A stretch of DNA of 64,000 nucleotides from NCBI GenBank assembly GCA_045612485.1, contig JAZKZE010000084.1, forward strand, positions 692 to 64,691, in the 5' to 3' direction. This document shows positions 1-9,922 of this stretch, in pieces. Below the pieces are notes generated by a model. That model was not told the DNA's origin. It saw nothing but the letters and a program-made list of their open reading frames with translations, and did no database searches. Both the position numbers and the translations under genes were made by a program. Position 1 is the first letter of the stretch. The number at the start of each line of letters is the position of its first letter. This DNA comes from Victivallales bacterium. GTDB taxonomy: Bacteria; Verrucomicrobiota; Lentisphaeria; Victivallales; UBA1829.

Positions 1-130
1 ACCGTCCGTGCCTCCGCCCAGGGCAACTCTTTCGGTCCCTATGCCTTCAAAGGGATCCCGCCCACGCCGCGAAATTGTATTGTCCTCTCAGGAAAATTAC
101 CCTGAAAAACATCCGGTATTTCCGGTAAAA

Positions 131-1870
131 TCAGAAGGTAAGCGTTTCCCCGGCATGAAGGATCTCTATTCTGCCGTCTTTTGCAATAAGAATACTTTTT
201 GCCGATTCATTTCTGACCATTGTTCCATCCGCAGAGTAACGGAGAGAACGGACAGCAAGCACATATTCACAGATATCTTTATTGGTGGCATACCAGATAT
301 ATTTTTCCTTTCCGGAAAGTTTCCGGCAGAAATCATCCATCATATCAAAAGCATTGTCCCGGACAAGTTCGGAAACATGTCCCCATACGATAAAGGCTTT
401 CAAATCCTCTTTTTCATCCAGATGCAGGAATTTATCTGCCAACTCTATTATTCCTTTATTGTGATGACAGGTCTGCTCCCAGCAAAGAAAATCATCCGGC
501 AGATCAAAATTCATGGTGGAAACACTTCCCCTTGCATAAATATACCCGCACGCAGCAAGATTTTTTCTTGCATCAGCAACCGCACCGGAAAATGTACCAT
601 TGGCGTAAGCGTGTCCGCAGAGGATCTCATGAAAAACCGTTTCCATAGCTAATCTATCCCCGTAAAGATAGGATAAGACCGCAGAAGGAGCCTGGGCGGC
701 AAAGGAGTAATGGAAAAAGCCGTGTCCTGCAACCTCATGCCCTTTATAAACATCCCCCCAGTTTTCCCCGCTATTTTTTAATCCTATCAGGACCCGGGCA
801 CTGTTGAGATTGAATGTGCCTTTCATACCGTATCTGTCCAGGATCGCTATAAGATCAGAATCTCTCAGATTGCCATCATCGTAACTGAAAGAGAGTGCTT
901 TACGGCAGCCGCCGGGAAAAAATATCGTACCATCAGCAAAAGAGGAAACATCCCTTTGCGGCAAAGAGATCTCATCAGCTTTTCTGATTTCAAAATCATA
1001 ATCTTTTTCCAGAAAAACCCGGTTTTCCACATCCGGGGAAGCATTTTCTTTCTTATGGATATAAAGTCTTTCCCCGGGCTGCAGAAGAATCTTCCTGCTG
1101 CAGGAGATAAGATAAAGATCCTGGGAGGAAATATTTTCCGCCATGGAACTGTCCAGACTCACACGCAATGACCGTACTGCACAGTTATACCGGCAATATT
1201 CTTCATCCGTCATACAGAGGATCTCTTCCGCTTGCAGTTTATCCAGTAACGGCAGAACCTTTTCCTGAAATTCCGTTTCTGTGATCTCATCGGTCAGTAA
1301 CAGGGAAAAATGGGCAAATACGCCTCCATAAGGATCACTCTTCAGGAATCTTTCCAGTACATCACAAGGTACATCGCCATTCATAGACGTATTCTTCAAA
1401 TCAAAAGCATCAAGACAGGGGGAAGCAGCATTGGATACAACAGAGGTAACGGCAAAAGAAAAATCATTTTTCCGCAACAATGAATACAGTTCTTCCCCGG
1501 CATATTCCCCAATCATCGCTCCGCAGCAGAAATTTCCTGAAAAATTTTCAAACTTCCTCTTTATATCTGAAAGCTGTCGGAAAGTCAGAGATTTGCAGGA
1601 GGAAAGATCCGGTACAAAAGCGATATTTTCCGTTCTGAACGTTTCATACCCCTCCAGTTTTTCCGGAGCAAGAAACAATGATACTTTCAGCTTTCTTTTT
1701 TCCAGCTCCCGCAACACCTCTTCCGGAAAACCATTCTTCCTGTGAACAAGACGCAGAGAAAAAAGCCTGTGTTTCCACTGCGGCAGAGTTAAAAAAATCT
1801 CACTTCCGTACAGAGATTGGAATTTTTTCACATTCTCTTCCAGTATACCAATTTTCCTGTTTTCCATCAT
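131..1870 (-). CDS. Polysaccharide deacetylase (NodB/CE4-like) family protein with a duplicated module
   Basis: ORF 131..1927(-). The C-terminal half carries NodB-type strings (ALSFSYDDGNLRDSDLIAILDRYGMKGTFNL, HEVAGHGFFH). Start placed at the ATGATG at 1865-1870 behind AGGAAG rather than the GTG at 1927; start is uncertain. Confidence 0.65.
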   Translation of the reverse strand: MMENRKIGILEENVKKFQSLYGSEIFLTLPQWKHRLFSLRLVHRKNGFPEEVLRELEKRKLKVSLFLAPEKLEGYETFRTENIAFVPDLSSCKSLTFRQLSDIKRKFENFSGNFCCGAMIGEYAGEELYSLLRKNDFSFAVTSVVSNAASPCLDAFDLKNTSMNGDVPCDVLERFLKSDPYGGVFAHFSLLLTDEITETEFQEKVLPLLDKLQAEEILCMTDEEYCRYNCAVRSLRVSLDSSMAENISSQDLYLISCSRKILLQPGERLYIHKKENASPDVENRVFLEKDYDFEIRKADEISLPQRDVSSFADGTIFFPGGCRKALSFSYDDGNLRDSDLIAILDRYGMKGTFNLNSARVLIGLKNSGENWGDVYKGHEVAGHGFFHYSFAAQAPSAVLSYLYGDRLAMETVFHEILCGHAYANGTFSGAVADARKNLAACGYIYARGSVSTMNFDLPDDFLCWEQTCHHNKGIIELADKFLHLDEKEDLKAFIVWGHVSELVRDNAFDMMDDFCRKLSGKEKYIWYATNKDICEYVLAVRSLRYSADGTMVRNESAKSILIAKDGRIEILHAGETLTF

Positions 1871-1929
1871 TTCTTCCTGCACGTTATTTCCGGGTTCCCC
1901 AGCAGAAACATCTGAAAGGGGAATCACCC

Positions 1930-2610
1930 TTATTTAAACTTGATATTTGCCTCAAGAACCGGATAGATCCAGTCCAAAAGTCCCGCAGAAGAAGCTCCTT
2001 TCTCCCACAGAACAACCTCTGCGTCACTTTTGCCGTAGGGAATAAGTTTGTAAGTATCGTCATCCTGCCGGAAGATATAAAAAGACGCTTCAGAAGCATC
2101 TTTACATTTCACAACAGCAAGTTCCCCGCTTACCGGAGGTCTTCCGCTTTCCACAAGAAGAGTACTTCCCTGTGTAAAGATCTCATTTTTTCCATTTTCC
2201 TCGATCCGCAAAGCAAAAGCCCCGGCAGTTCCAACTGTATTGAAAAAGAAGTTGCCAAGAGAATATTCCTGGAGAAAAGCAGCAGTGCTTATCACGTTGG
2301 GATCAAAAAAAGCAAGTTTTCTGATACTCACCACCGGATAGGATTTCGGTCTGCTCCCATAGGAATTTTTCCGTTCCCTGACCAGCACGCCTTTTCCGGA
2401 AGGATCTCCTGCTTTACTGCTGAGATAGGGACGCAGTTTTTTGCGGAGACAACTTCCCCAGACCTGATTATTGATACTGGTGGTTTTGCCGGTTTTCCAG
2501 AAAAAAACAGTACTGTGGGATACCCCCAGTTCCTTGGCAAATTTATATATGCTTCCGGAATCATTGATCGCACATTCCAAAGCCTCAAGGATCTCCTGTG
2601 TGATTTTCAT
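1930..2610 (-). CDS. HTH DNA-binding protein with LexA/S24-like C-terminal beta-barrel (repressor-like)
   Basis: N-terminus SIYKFAKELGVSHSTVFFWKTGK looks like an HTH. The C-terminus (GSTLLVESGRPPVSGELAVVKCKD...YIFRQDDDTYKLIPYG) has the shape of an S24 domain, but no GDSM-type catalytic Ser is visible. Confidence 0.45.
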   Translation of the reverse strand: MKITQEILEALECAINDSGSIYKFAKELGVSHSTVFFWKTGKTTSINNQVWGSCLRKKLRPYLSSKAGDPSGKGVLVRERKNSYGSRPKSYPVVSIRKLAFFDPNVISTAAFLQEYSLGNFFFNTVGTAGAFALRIEENGKNEIFTQGSTLLVESGRPPVSGELAVVKCKDASEASFYIFRQDDDTYKLIPYGKSDAEVVLWEKGASSAGLLDWIYPVLEANIKFK

Positions 2611-2836
2611 TTTCCCTCCCTCAGATTTTTTTGCAGGTAAATGTTTTGCTGTATCATTAAGATAGCATAGAACAAATTCTTTTCAATCCAAAGTTTAAAA
2701 ATATTGTTTTTTTTATATTTTCTTTAAATTTCCCCGTTTTATTAAAACGGCATCCCTCTGTCCGGTATTAAGCATTTTTCAAAAAAACTTCAACATTTTT
2801 TACACCATTCATTGCGGAATATATGTGTTTATCCGT

Positions 2837-2872
2837 GTAAAAATTTCTGTAAAAATTTCTGTAAAAGTTTCT
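2837..2872. repeat. Three tandem 12-nt direct repeats (gtaaaaatttct x2, gtaaaagtttct)
   Basis: Read directly at 2837-2848, 2849-2860 and 2861-2872, in the AT-rich non-coding stretch upstream of the repressor-like gene. Confidence 0.9.
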
Positions 2873-2973
2873 TTCTATATCAACAGACAGTAAAAAAGTA
2901 ACTTTGTTTTCTGAAAAAAAGAGGAACTCTTGAAAATCCCTCAAGTGTCCCTTTCTTTATCACGGACATATCC

Positions 2974-3852
2974 TCATCTGTTGAACAGGATCGCCAGTAC
3001 GGAAAAAATAATGGTAAGATACCAGCAGAACGTGCGTTTTTCCTTCATAAAAAAGGTTGACAGCAGTCCGGCAGTAAGAATGGAAGAAGCATTGCTCAGA
3101 GCAAAAAATACCACAGCAGGCGCTCTGGGGACAACAAAAAGGGCAAGAACGAAAGAAAGCAAGGCACATACTGTCACGATCCCGCCGCCAAACCAGGCAT
3201 ATTTATTAAACTGCCAGGAACGGGACAATGTCAGGTCAAGGGAAGCCCCCAGTCCGATAAAGATATAGGTGAAACACATAATAAGATTCCCGTTGATCTC
3301 CAGAAGATTTTTACCGCTCTCTCCCTGCATGGTCACAGCGGCATACTTCAGCCCCACATTCAAAATACTTATGCACACAAGAATGGCAATAAGAAGTCCG
3401 CCGTAGATCAATCTGCCCTTGAGAGATTCAGTTTTCTTTCCTCCGGAAGTATTGCATGCCGCAGCAAGAATGGCACAAATGGTAAAAAACAGGGCAAAAT
3501 ACTGCCAGAAAGAAAGTTTTTCTCCGAGAAAGATTCCGGAATAAATGATCACAGGAATAAAATTCAATGACTGGGCACACCATGCAGGGGAAAGAGGCCC
3601 CAATTTCAAAGCAACCCGTAAAAGCCGGATACCCAGATACTGGGTAAGTCCGAAAAGCGCGCCGCCGAAAACCGCAAACAAAGTAAGCTCTTTCCACTCA
3701 TTCCAGCCGAGAAGCCCGAATACGATCATTCCGAAAACGGAGAGAAGTGCGGCGGACTGAATGGGATACACATTTCCCATTCCGCCGATTTTATACCCGA
3801 TACCGCATCCACCGGTAAGAGTTCCGGCAAGAATACTTAAAAGAGCGTTCAT
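2974..3852 (-). CDS. Polytopic membrane permease, DMT/EamA-like (about 10 TM)
   Basis: 292-aa ORF, hydrophobic throughout, with two similar halves. No substrate can be assigned. Confidence 0.5.
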   Translation of the reverse strand: MNALLSILAGTLTGGCGIGYKIGGMGNVYPIQSAALLSVFGMIVFGLLGWNEWKELTLFAVFGGALFGLTQYLGIRLLRVALKLGPLSPAWCAQSLNFIPVIIYSGIFLGEKLSFWQYFALFFTICAILAAACNTSGGKKTESLKGRLIYGGLLIAILVCISILNVGLKYAAVTMQGESGKNLLEINGNLIMCFTYIFIGLGASLDLTLSRSWQFNKYAWFGGGIVTVCALLSFVLALFVVPRAPAVVFFALSNASSILTAGLLSTFFMKEKRTFCWYLTIIFSVLAILFNR

Positions 3853-3943
3853 TTTTTATCCTGTTTTTAATTTATTATTCAACTCAAAAAGGAGCAGTTA
3901 ATATACAACAGGATAAAAAAATATCAAATCAAAAGACCGGAAA

Positions 3944-5725
3944 CTATTGTTTATTTTCCTCATTTTTCAGTTTTTCCAGATCTTGAGCATAACGGGTGAG
4001 TCCGGGGTCGATCCTTACAATATTTTCCAAAGCCCCCCGTAGCAGTTTCTTATCCCCAGTCAGCTGAGCCTTCAGTGCCATTGCGGTATAGTATCCGATA
4101 TTTTTCAGAGCAATTTTTTCACATTCAAGGAAATATTTATCCAGATATTCCAATGCATCCTTTTTCATACCGTGATATGCGGCAGTCAATGCCATATTCC
4201 TGTAAAGGTATATTCTGTATTCCCGTTCGATTTTCAGACTGGAAGTTTCCCTTTCACTCTTTTTTATAAACTGTACAGAAAGTTTATAAAAGGGAAGAGC
4301 GGCTCTGTAATCATTATTCAGCACACAGCAATGCAAAGGAAGATAAGCGGTAAAAGGCCGCAATGCCTGTGCATATCTTTCAGGATATTTGTTCCAGTCC
4401 CGGATAAGTCTGGAAGTGACCGCTCCCAGAAGGGCTGTATCACCGGTAACGATAGCGGAATGGGATCCCACTGTATATAATTTCAGATTGGAGAGTTCTT
4501 TATCCTTCAAAGCCCTTGCAAACAGTCTGCCGGTATCTTCCCAATAGGGCAGATAGAGGAAGCTCTGAATGAAAAATATCCCGCTGAGAAGCAGTACCCC
4601 CGTGCAGATAATGCCGGAGGACTTTGGAAAAAGCCGCAGAGTCCTTTCACAAAGCAATACAAGAAATCCGCATACAGAAATGGAAACAAGATAATTATAT
4701 CTGTCACAGTAATCAAAATTGGTATAATTGAGCATCCCCAGAACAGGTACCATAAGTCCGCCAATAATCAGAAACCACCCCAGGATCTTTTTCCATCCCA
4801 GTCCGGCTTTCCAGCCCCAGAAAATAAATGTACATGCCATCAAACCGCCGCCGAGAAAAACTTTCCAGTAATAATGCCACTTCTGCAAAAGCGGCGGATA
4901 GATGGGATGGATCTGCGGAACAAGGGAGGTAAGGGGATACCAGAAAATATTATGAATGGGAATAAGGTAATTACGTTCCAGTCCTCCGGGGAAGTCCTTT
5001 GCCGTTATGATATAGGAAATAACCAGAATGATCCCGCAGGAAACAAGGGGAAGAAGCAGAAGTTTGAGATACTCTTTCAGAGAGTGTTTTTTGCCCCACG
5101 CACAGATAAGAAATACGATCATGACCCCGGGCAGCGGTACGGTGGAAGGTTTGGTCAGCAGAGCAAGGACAGCAAATATTGTGGAAAATACGGGAAGAGT
5201 CTTCTTTTCTGCATTCCGCATAAAAAGATAGAAGGAAAAGATGGCAAAAGCCCCGCTCAACACATCTTTACGTTCCGTTATCCAGATCACAGACTCCACT
5301 TTCTGGGGATTGAGCGCCCATAACATACAGCCGGCGAAGGCAAGAAACGGACGGATACCGAATCTTTTGAATATGAAATACAGCGTACCTGTACTGAATA
5401 TATGAAGCAGAAGATTATGGATGTGATACCCCAAAGGAGCTTTTCCGAAAAAAAGATTATCCACCATCAGGGAGACCATGGTCATGGGAGTATAAAGATC
5501 CTGAAAGGTATTGGAGAAATATGCTGCAAGGTTCTGCCATGTAAAATCCATGCGGAGATTGACCAGAACAAAATTACCGTCATCCCACAGCGGCAGAAAG
5601 GGAAAATGCATGAAGGGCCCGTAAAGCAGACATGTTACAGCAAAGATCAGAAAAAGATATAAAAAATCTTTCTTGTATTTCTGCAAAAAAGCCGGAAGGG
5701 GAAAATTGTATTTCATCTCATTCAT
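3944..5725 (-). CDS. GT-C fold (PMT/TMTC-like) membrane glycosyltransferase with C-terminal TPR region
   Basis: 593 aa. Multi-TM N-terminal two thirds with an early-loop acidic motif (PLWDDGNFV). The C-terminal ~180 aa are helical-repeat-like (YYTAMALKAQLTGDKKLLRGALENIVRIDP). Confidence 0.55.
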   Translation of the reverse strand: MNEMKYNFPLPAFLQKYKKDFLYLFLIFAVTCLLYGPFMHFPFLPLWDDGNFVLVNLRMDFTWQNLAAYFSNTFQDLYTPMTMVSLMVDNLFFGKAPLGYHIHNLLLHIFSTGTLYFIFKRFGIRPFLAFAGCMLWALNPQKVESVIWITERKDVLSGAFAIFSFYLFMRNAEKKTLPVFSTIFAVLALLTKPSTVPLPGVMIVFLICAWGKKHSLKEYLKLLLLPLVSCGIILVISYIITAKDFPGGLERNYLIPIHNIFWYPLTSLVPQIHPIYPPLLQKWHYYWKVFLGGGLMACTFIFWGWKAGLGWKKILGWFLIIGGLMVPVLGMLNYTNFDYCDRYNYLVSISVCGFLVLLCERTLRLFPKSSGIICTGVLLLSGIFFIQSFLYLPYWEDTGRLFARALKDKELSNLKLYTVGSHSAIVTGDTALLGAVTSRLIRDWNKYPERYAQALRPFTAYLPLHCCVLNNDYRAALPFYKLSVQFIKKSERETSSLKIEREYRIYLYRNMALTAAYHGMKKDALEYLDKYFLECEKIALKNIGYYTAMALKAQLTGDKKLLRGALENIVRIDPGLTRYAQDLEKLKNEENKQ

Positions 5726-5746
5726 ATTTTCAATACCTGTTTTCTG

Positions 5747-6421
5747 TTATTTTTCCGGAGAAAATCCGATGGAAGAAAAGAAATCTTCAGCATATTTCAT
5801 TGTTTTACCGGAAAGGACCGGCCCCCGTTCCGTATATTCCGCGCAGAAACGGTCGATACCGCCTTTGGGCCATACAAACCTGTATCCGGTGGAATAAATC
5901 TTCTGCGGACGGACAGTGGGAGCATTTTTTCCGGGGGAAGCTACAGCAGTAAGTTCATATTCCACAGCTTTGATCCCGAATTTCTCCGTAATGCGGCTTT
6001 CATAGGAAAGGATGCGGATATTGGGGGCGATATTCTGGAATTCCCTGTCAAGAGCGGCTTTTTCCTGTTCAATGGAGGAACACAATCCATGGGTCTTATC
6101 CCACATGACCACTCCGACAATGGAAAGCTCCGGTTTGGAGGGATCGGCTTTTTCCCATATTGCCCGCAAAGGAGTCTGGGCTATACGGGGAACATTCCAC
6201 TTATTATCATTTTTATAATGATCCATTGTAAAATTTTTATACCGGACACCCCGGAAAAAACGGTTTTCCGGTATTTTTCCTGTTTTCTGCCATTTTGCAA
6301 GATCCAGGTAAGGATCTTCCTCCACATGCAGACAGCCGGACAATACCCCGGCACAAACTATACCGCAGACAAACCATAATACCCTGCACGCTTTTTTATT
6401 TATTCCTTCCGGAAAACTCAT
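5747..6421 (-). CDS. Hypothetical lipoprotein
   Basis: Start moved to the ATG at 6419-6421, preceded by AAGGAG. Signal peptide plus lipobox (VCAGVLSGC). Confidence 0.6.
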   Translation of the reverse strand: MSFPEGINKKACRVLWFVCGIVCAGVLSGCLHVEEDPYLDLAKWQKTGKIPENRFFRGVRYKNFTMDHYKNDNKWNVPRIAQTPLRAIWEKADPSKPELSIVGVVMWDKTHGLCSSIEQEKAALDREFQNIAPNIRILSYESRITEKFGIKAVEYELTAVASPGKNAPTVRPQKIYSTGYRFVWPKGGIDRFCAEYTERGPVLSGKTMKYAEDFFSSIGFSPEK

Positions 6422-6545
6422 TTTTTTCTCCTTTATCCCATTTCTGTTTTTCATTTTCCTTAAAACGGCATGAAAACAGTTTTCATTGCTTGATTTTGAT
6501 ATAATTTATGCTATTTTACAGAAAAATCAACTTGACGGAGCAAAA

Positions 6546-7382
6546 ATGTGGACAGAAAAAGATAAAATCATAAAAGATATTAAAGCAAACAGAGAAAAAT
6601 ACGGCTCAGACAGGGGCAGGATTTTCAGAACAGGGTGTAAGGATCTCAACTGCGCCGGACTTCTTGAAAGCGGAAAGATCCTGAAGGACTCCCATACGGT
6701 GACTGCCGCTGTAAATGGAGAATATTTCATCAAGAGATACAATACAAAAAACTTCTGGAAAAAACTCAAACGTCTTTTACAGTTCCCCCGTTCCTTTCTC
6801 TCCTTTGCCGCAGCAGTAAAACTTGCGGAAAATAATATTCCCACTCCGGAAGCATTGTATGCGGACAGATTCTTTCTTGTCAATTCCCTTCTTCCGGAAA
6901 ATTTTCTGTATCCGGTTCTTTTCACAAAACCGGAAAAGATCCTGTATTTTGCCGTTGTCCTTGCTCGTATGCACAATAACGGGATCTATCACGGGGATTT
7001 GAGTTTACGCAATATTTATCTTACAAAAGAAGGCAGATTCGGTCTGATCGACCTTGACGGAGCCCGTTTATATAAAGGAATGGTTCCGGAAAATATGCGG
7101 ACAGCGGATATTGCCCGTTTTGTTTCCTCCTACTGTCTGCTCGCCCAGAAAGATAATGATGTGGAAACAAGTACAAATAAATTTCTTGCCATCTATGAAA
7201 AAGCGGCAGGTATTTCCATTCCCCGCAGCCCCCTTGCTTCAAAAATTGCCGGTCTCATGAAAAAAACCGACATGAAATGGCTGAAAGTTTATCTTGCGGA
7301 AAACGGCAATACCATCCCGGATATAGCAGAAGCTGAAAAAATTCTTTCCTCCCTTCCGGAAATCAGGGCAGAAAATCTGTAA
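6546..7382 (+). CDS. Lipopolysaccharide kinase (Kdo/WaaP) family protein kinase-like
   Basis: Catalytic-loop and Mg-site strings IYHGDLSLRNIYL and GLIDLDGARLY. ATG at 6546 behind GGAG. Confidence 0.7.
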   Translation: MWTEKDKIIKDIKANREKYGSDRGRIFRTGCKDLNCAGLLESGKILKDSHTVTAAVNGEYFIKRYNTKNFWKKLKRLLQFPRSFLSFAAAVKLAENNIPTPEALYADRFFLVNSLLPENFLYPVLFTKPEKILYFAVVLARMHNNGIYHGDLSLRNIYLTKEGRFGLIDLDGARLYKGMVPENMRTADIARFVSSYCLLAQKDNDVETSTNKFLAIYEKAAGISIPRSPLASKIAGLMKKTDMKWLKVYLAENGNTIPDIAEAEKILSSLPEIRAENL

Positions 7383-7400
7383 AACACAGCAAAAAATCAA

Positions 7401-7446
7401 AAGATATTATGAGAGACACAAGAGGTCTCTCATAATATCTTTTTTA
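7401..7446. terminator. Bidirectional intrinsic terminator
   Basis: Perfect 17-bp inverted repeat aagatattatgagagac/gtctctcataatatctt (7401-7417 and 7425-7441). It has an A-run upstream and a T-run downstream and lies between convergent genes. Confidence 0.85.
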
Positions 7447-7463
7447 TTACCTGTCAGGCAGCG

Positions 7464-9842
7464 TTACTTTACGGAAACAAGCCAGGAAAGATAGGATCTG
7501 TGATCCTCAACTTCATTCATAAAAATCACCTTCTTTTTCCCCTCATCCCATTCCACATCTGCAATGAAATAAGAATAGAAGGGGATCCCCTTGTTGGTAG
7601 AGTAGATCCTTACAGAATGTTCCCCTTTTCCAAGAATACGGGAAAGATCCATTTTTGCGGCATAATCCCCCGGCTTGAGGCTGTCTTCCGCAGAGGGGAT
7701 CTCTTTCACAAGTCCCTTTTTGGAGAGATAACCATATTCCTTCACCGTTCCGTCTTTCTTTACCTCCTGCAAAGCAAAAACAAGATCGTAAAGATCTTCC
7801 AGAAGACTTTTTTCGTGACTTAATATCCGCATGGGAATATGCACCGTAAAAAGATTTTTCTTTGAAGGAACTGCGGAAAGCCTGTATGAACGCTGTTCAT
7901 CCACAAGGGCAAGATGTTCCTTTACTTCCTTTCCGGAGTACAGCACAGGGCGGGGATATTTTTTCAGCACCTTTTCCGCGGTTTCTTTATCAAAAGCAAC
8001 AATACAGCCAACGACTTCGTGAGGAGCAAGTTTCTTTACCTTTGCCGGATCTTTCTGCCCCGGAATAGCAAAGAATTTATATTTACTGAAATTGCCGTTC
8101 AATTTAAAGGAAGCCTTTACTTCCATCTCTTTTCCGGAACAGTTGGAAAGAGTCATGATACCGTATTTTCCACCGGGAACAAGAATCAGGGTATGGGCGG
8201 TTTCAAAAGGATCACTCTTGGCAAAAACATTCCGGCTGTTGAAATCTGTATAATACGCAAAAGAGGTCCTGTCCCCTCCCCCTCCGTCCAGCAGACTCCA
8301 GATATAAAGCAGTTCCCGGAAAGCCTCATCATGCAGGCCCGGCACAGGAGGATGACGCAAAGAGGAGGAATCTGCCTGTATCCCTATGGGCTGATGCGGG
8401 ATCTGCACGGCGGCGGCAAGGAAAGGGGTCATACGCATGGAACTGTATTCCGGAAAAGCTGCCGTCCACATGGAACCGGGACTTACCGCAGACATGGTAA
8501 AATACTCATGTTCTCTGCGTCCCCTTACAAGGATGCCCCGTTCCCCTTCCCCGGAAACAAATCCGGTAAAAAAGGATGAGGCTATCCCGGAATAACCGGT
8601 TCCGGTGTGACTGAAAAACACACCGTCTTTCCCCACTCTTTCCCGCAATGCACGCATGTTTTTATAATACTCACGGAACCCGATCCTTCCTCCGGGGAAG
8701 TTTTCATCCGGAGCAAAAGCATATCCGAAAGGTCCTCCGTAATCCATATAAAGTCCGTCGAAATTTTTGATAAGGCGGGCATCAAACCAGCTGGCGGCAT
8801 CCTCCCGCGCAGAGATCTCATTTCCCCGGATATAGGGAACCACACGCAGACCGTATTTATGGGCAAGGCGCACCGTACGGGAAAATTTTTCCTCATCAAA
8901 AGGGATCCCTCCGTTCTGCACATCAAAACGCCACCATTCATGCAGTATCAATATTTTTGCACCTGCCTGTGCAAATGCTCTGATCTGGGATGCCGAGGGG
9001 TAATGATTTGCATTGTCAATAAAATGGATGATCCCCATGGGGGGAAGATTGCGTTTCACTCCGGCTGGACGCAAAAGAAAGGCAAGACGGTTCCGCCAGT
9101 GAAGCGGCGGGAAAGAACGCCCGCCTGCCGGAGTTTTCTGGAAATTCCACTCGGCAACAAAACCATCTTCCGTACGGGTGACAGAAGAAGCTGTATCATT
9201 GAGGGTATAGTTGAAAAGGGAGTTATTGCCTTCCATAAGAAATTCCGCAAAGAAGGAAGGACCTTTTTTCCGCATGGCATTGAAATTGGTCTGAGCAAAA
9301 AGTTTTCCGTCAAAGGAACGATCCGCATCCTGCGGCAGGAATCTTTCCGGGGGAACTGCCTGAATGATCGTGGCATCCACTTTTTCCGGATGAAGACGCA
9401 CGCACCATTTCACATCATCAAAATCTTTCAGGACGACGGGAATGGAAAGTTTGAAATCCTGTATGATCTCTGCGTCCAGTGTGGCATAAAAGACAAAAAC
9501 ATCACAAAAGACGGCTCCATCAGGAAAAAATTCCCATTTCAGTGAGAGATAGAAGTCTTTGAGTGTTTCCCCTTTTTCATCTTTCCAGCCTATCCGGGGA
9601 AATTCCACAACTTTCGCCCCGTCGCAGAAAAAACGGTTTACCGGAGTATCTTTATCACATACCGGATGAAAAAGAGTTTTTCCCTGTCTGATGGAAAAGG
9701 GGGAGGAAGATAAATTCCATGCATCAAACCTTTTTCCGTCGGATTCAATCACTTCTGCCACAGCAGGAAATCCCCCGCAGGCGGGGGAAAAAGTATATTC
9801 TGCAGTTGCTGTCTTCTGTATAAATTCTTTTGCAAACTTCAT
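7464..9842 (-). CDS. Uncharacterised ~790-aa protein, possibly a TIM-barrel glycoside-hydrolase-like enzyme (paralog 1)
   Basis: ORF 7464..9908. Start moved to the ATG at 9840-9842 behind AAGGAGAG. Close paralog of the next gene. Family not recognised. Confidence 0.8.
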   Translation of the reverse strand: MKFAKEFIQKTATAEYTFSPACGGFPAVAEVIESDGKRFDAWNLSSSPFSIRQGKTLFHPVCDKDTPVNRFFCDGAKVVEFPRIGWKDEKGETLKDFYLSLKWEFFPDGAVFCDVFVFYATLDAEIIQDFKLSIPVVLKDFDDVKWCVRLHPEKVDATIIQAVPPERFLPQDADRSFDGKLFAQTNFNAMRKKGPSFFAEFLMEGNNSLFNYTLNDTASSVTRTEDGFVAEWNFQKTPAGGRSFPPLHWRNRLAFLLRPAGVKRNLPPMGIIHFIDNANHYPSASQIRAFAQAGAKILILHEWWRFDVQNGGIPFDEEKFSRTVRLAHKYGLRVVPYIRGNEISAREDAASWFDARLIKNFDGLYMDYGGPFGYAFAPDENFPGGRIGFREYYKNMRALRERVGKDGVFFSHTGTGYSGIASSFFTGFVSGEGERGILVRGRREHEYFTMSAVSPGSMWTAAFPEYSSMRMTPFLAAAVQIPHQPIGIQADSSSLRHPPVPGLHDEAFRELLYIWSLLDGGGGDRTSFAYYTDFNSRNVFAKSDPFETAHTLILVPGGKYGIMTLSNCSGKEMEVKASFKLNGNFSKYKFFAIPGQKDPAKVKKLAPHEVVGCIVAFDKETAEKVLKKYPRPVLYSGKEVKEHLALVDEQRSYRLSAVPSKKNLFTVHIPMRILSHEKSLLEDLYDLVFALQEVKKDGTVKEYGYLSKKGLVKEIPSAEDSLKPGDYAAKMDLSRILGKGEHSVRIYSTNKGIPFYSYFIADVEWDEGKKKVIFMNEVEDHRSYLSWLVSVK

Positions 9843-9922
9843 TTTTCTCTCCTTTTTCTGAGAAAATACAGTTTTACATTCTTTTTTATACGGCTCATGC
9901 CTTTCCAATCTTTTTCAAAAAA

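Noticed and set aside
1678-2640. 320-aa plus-strand ORF
   Set aside because: It overlaps two convincing minus-strand genes (the deacetylase N-terminus and the HTH/S24-like regulator). Its translation is low complexity.
2837-2872. CRISPR-like array
   Set aside because: There are only three contiguous 12-nt units with no spacers. No CRISPR-like repeat-spacer structure exists anywhere in the window.
3845-3912. 12-nt inverted repeat tttttatcctgt / acaggataaaaa flanking the start of the 2974..3852 gene
   Set aside because: The arms are AT-rich with a ~44-nt loop that overlaps the start codon region. It is plausibly a chance feature and I could not tie it to any function.
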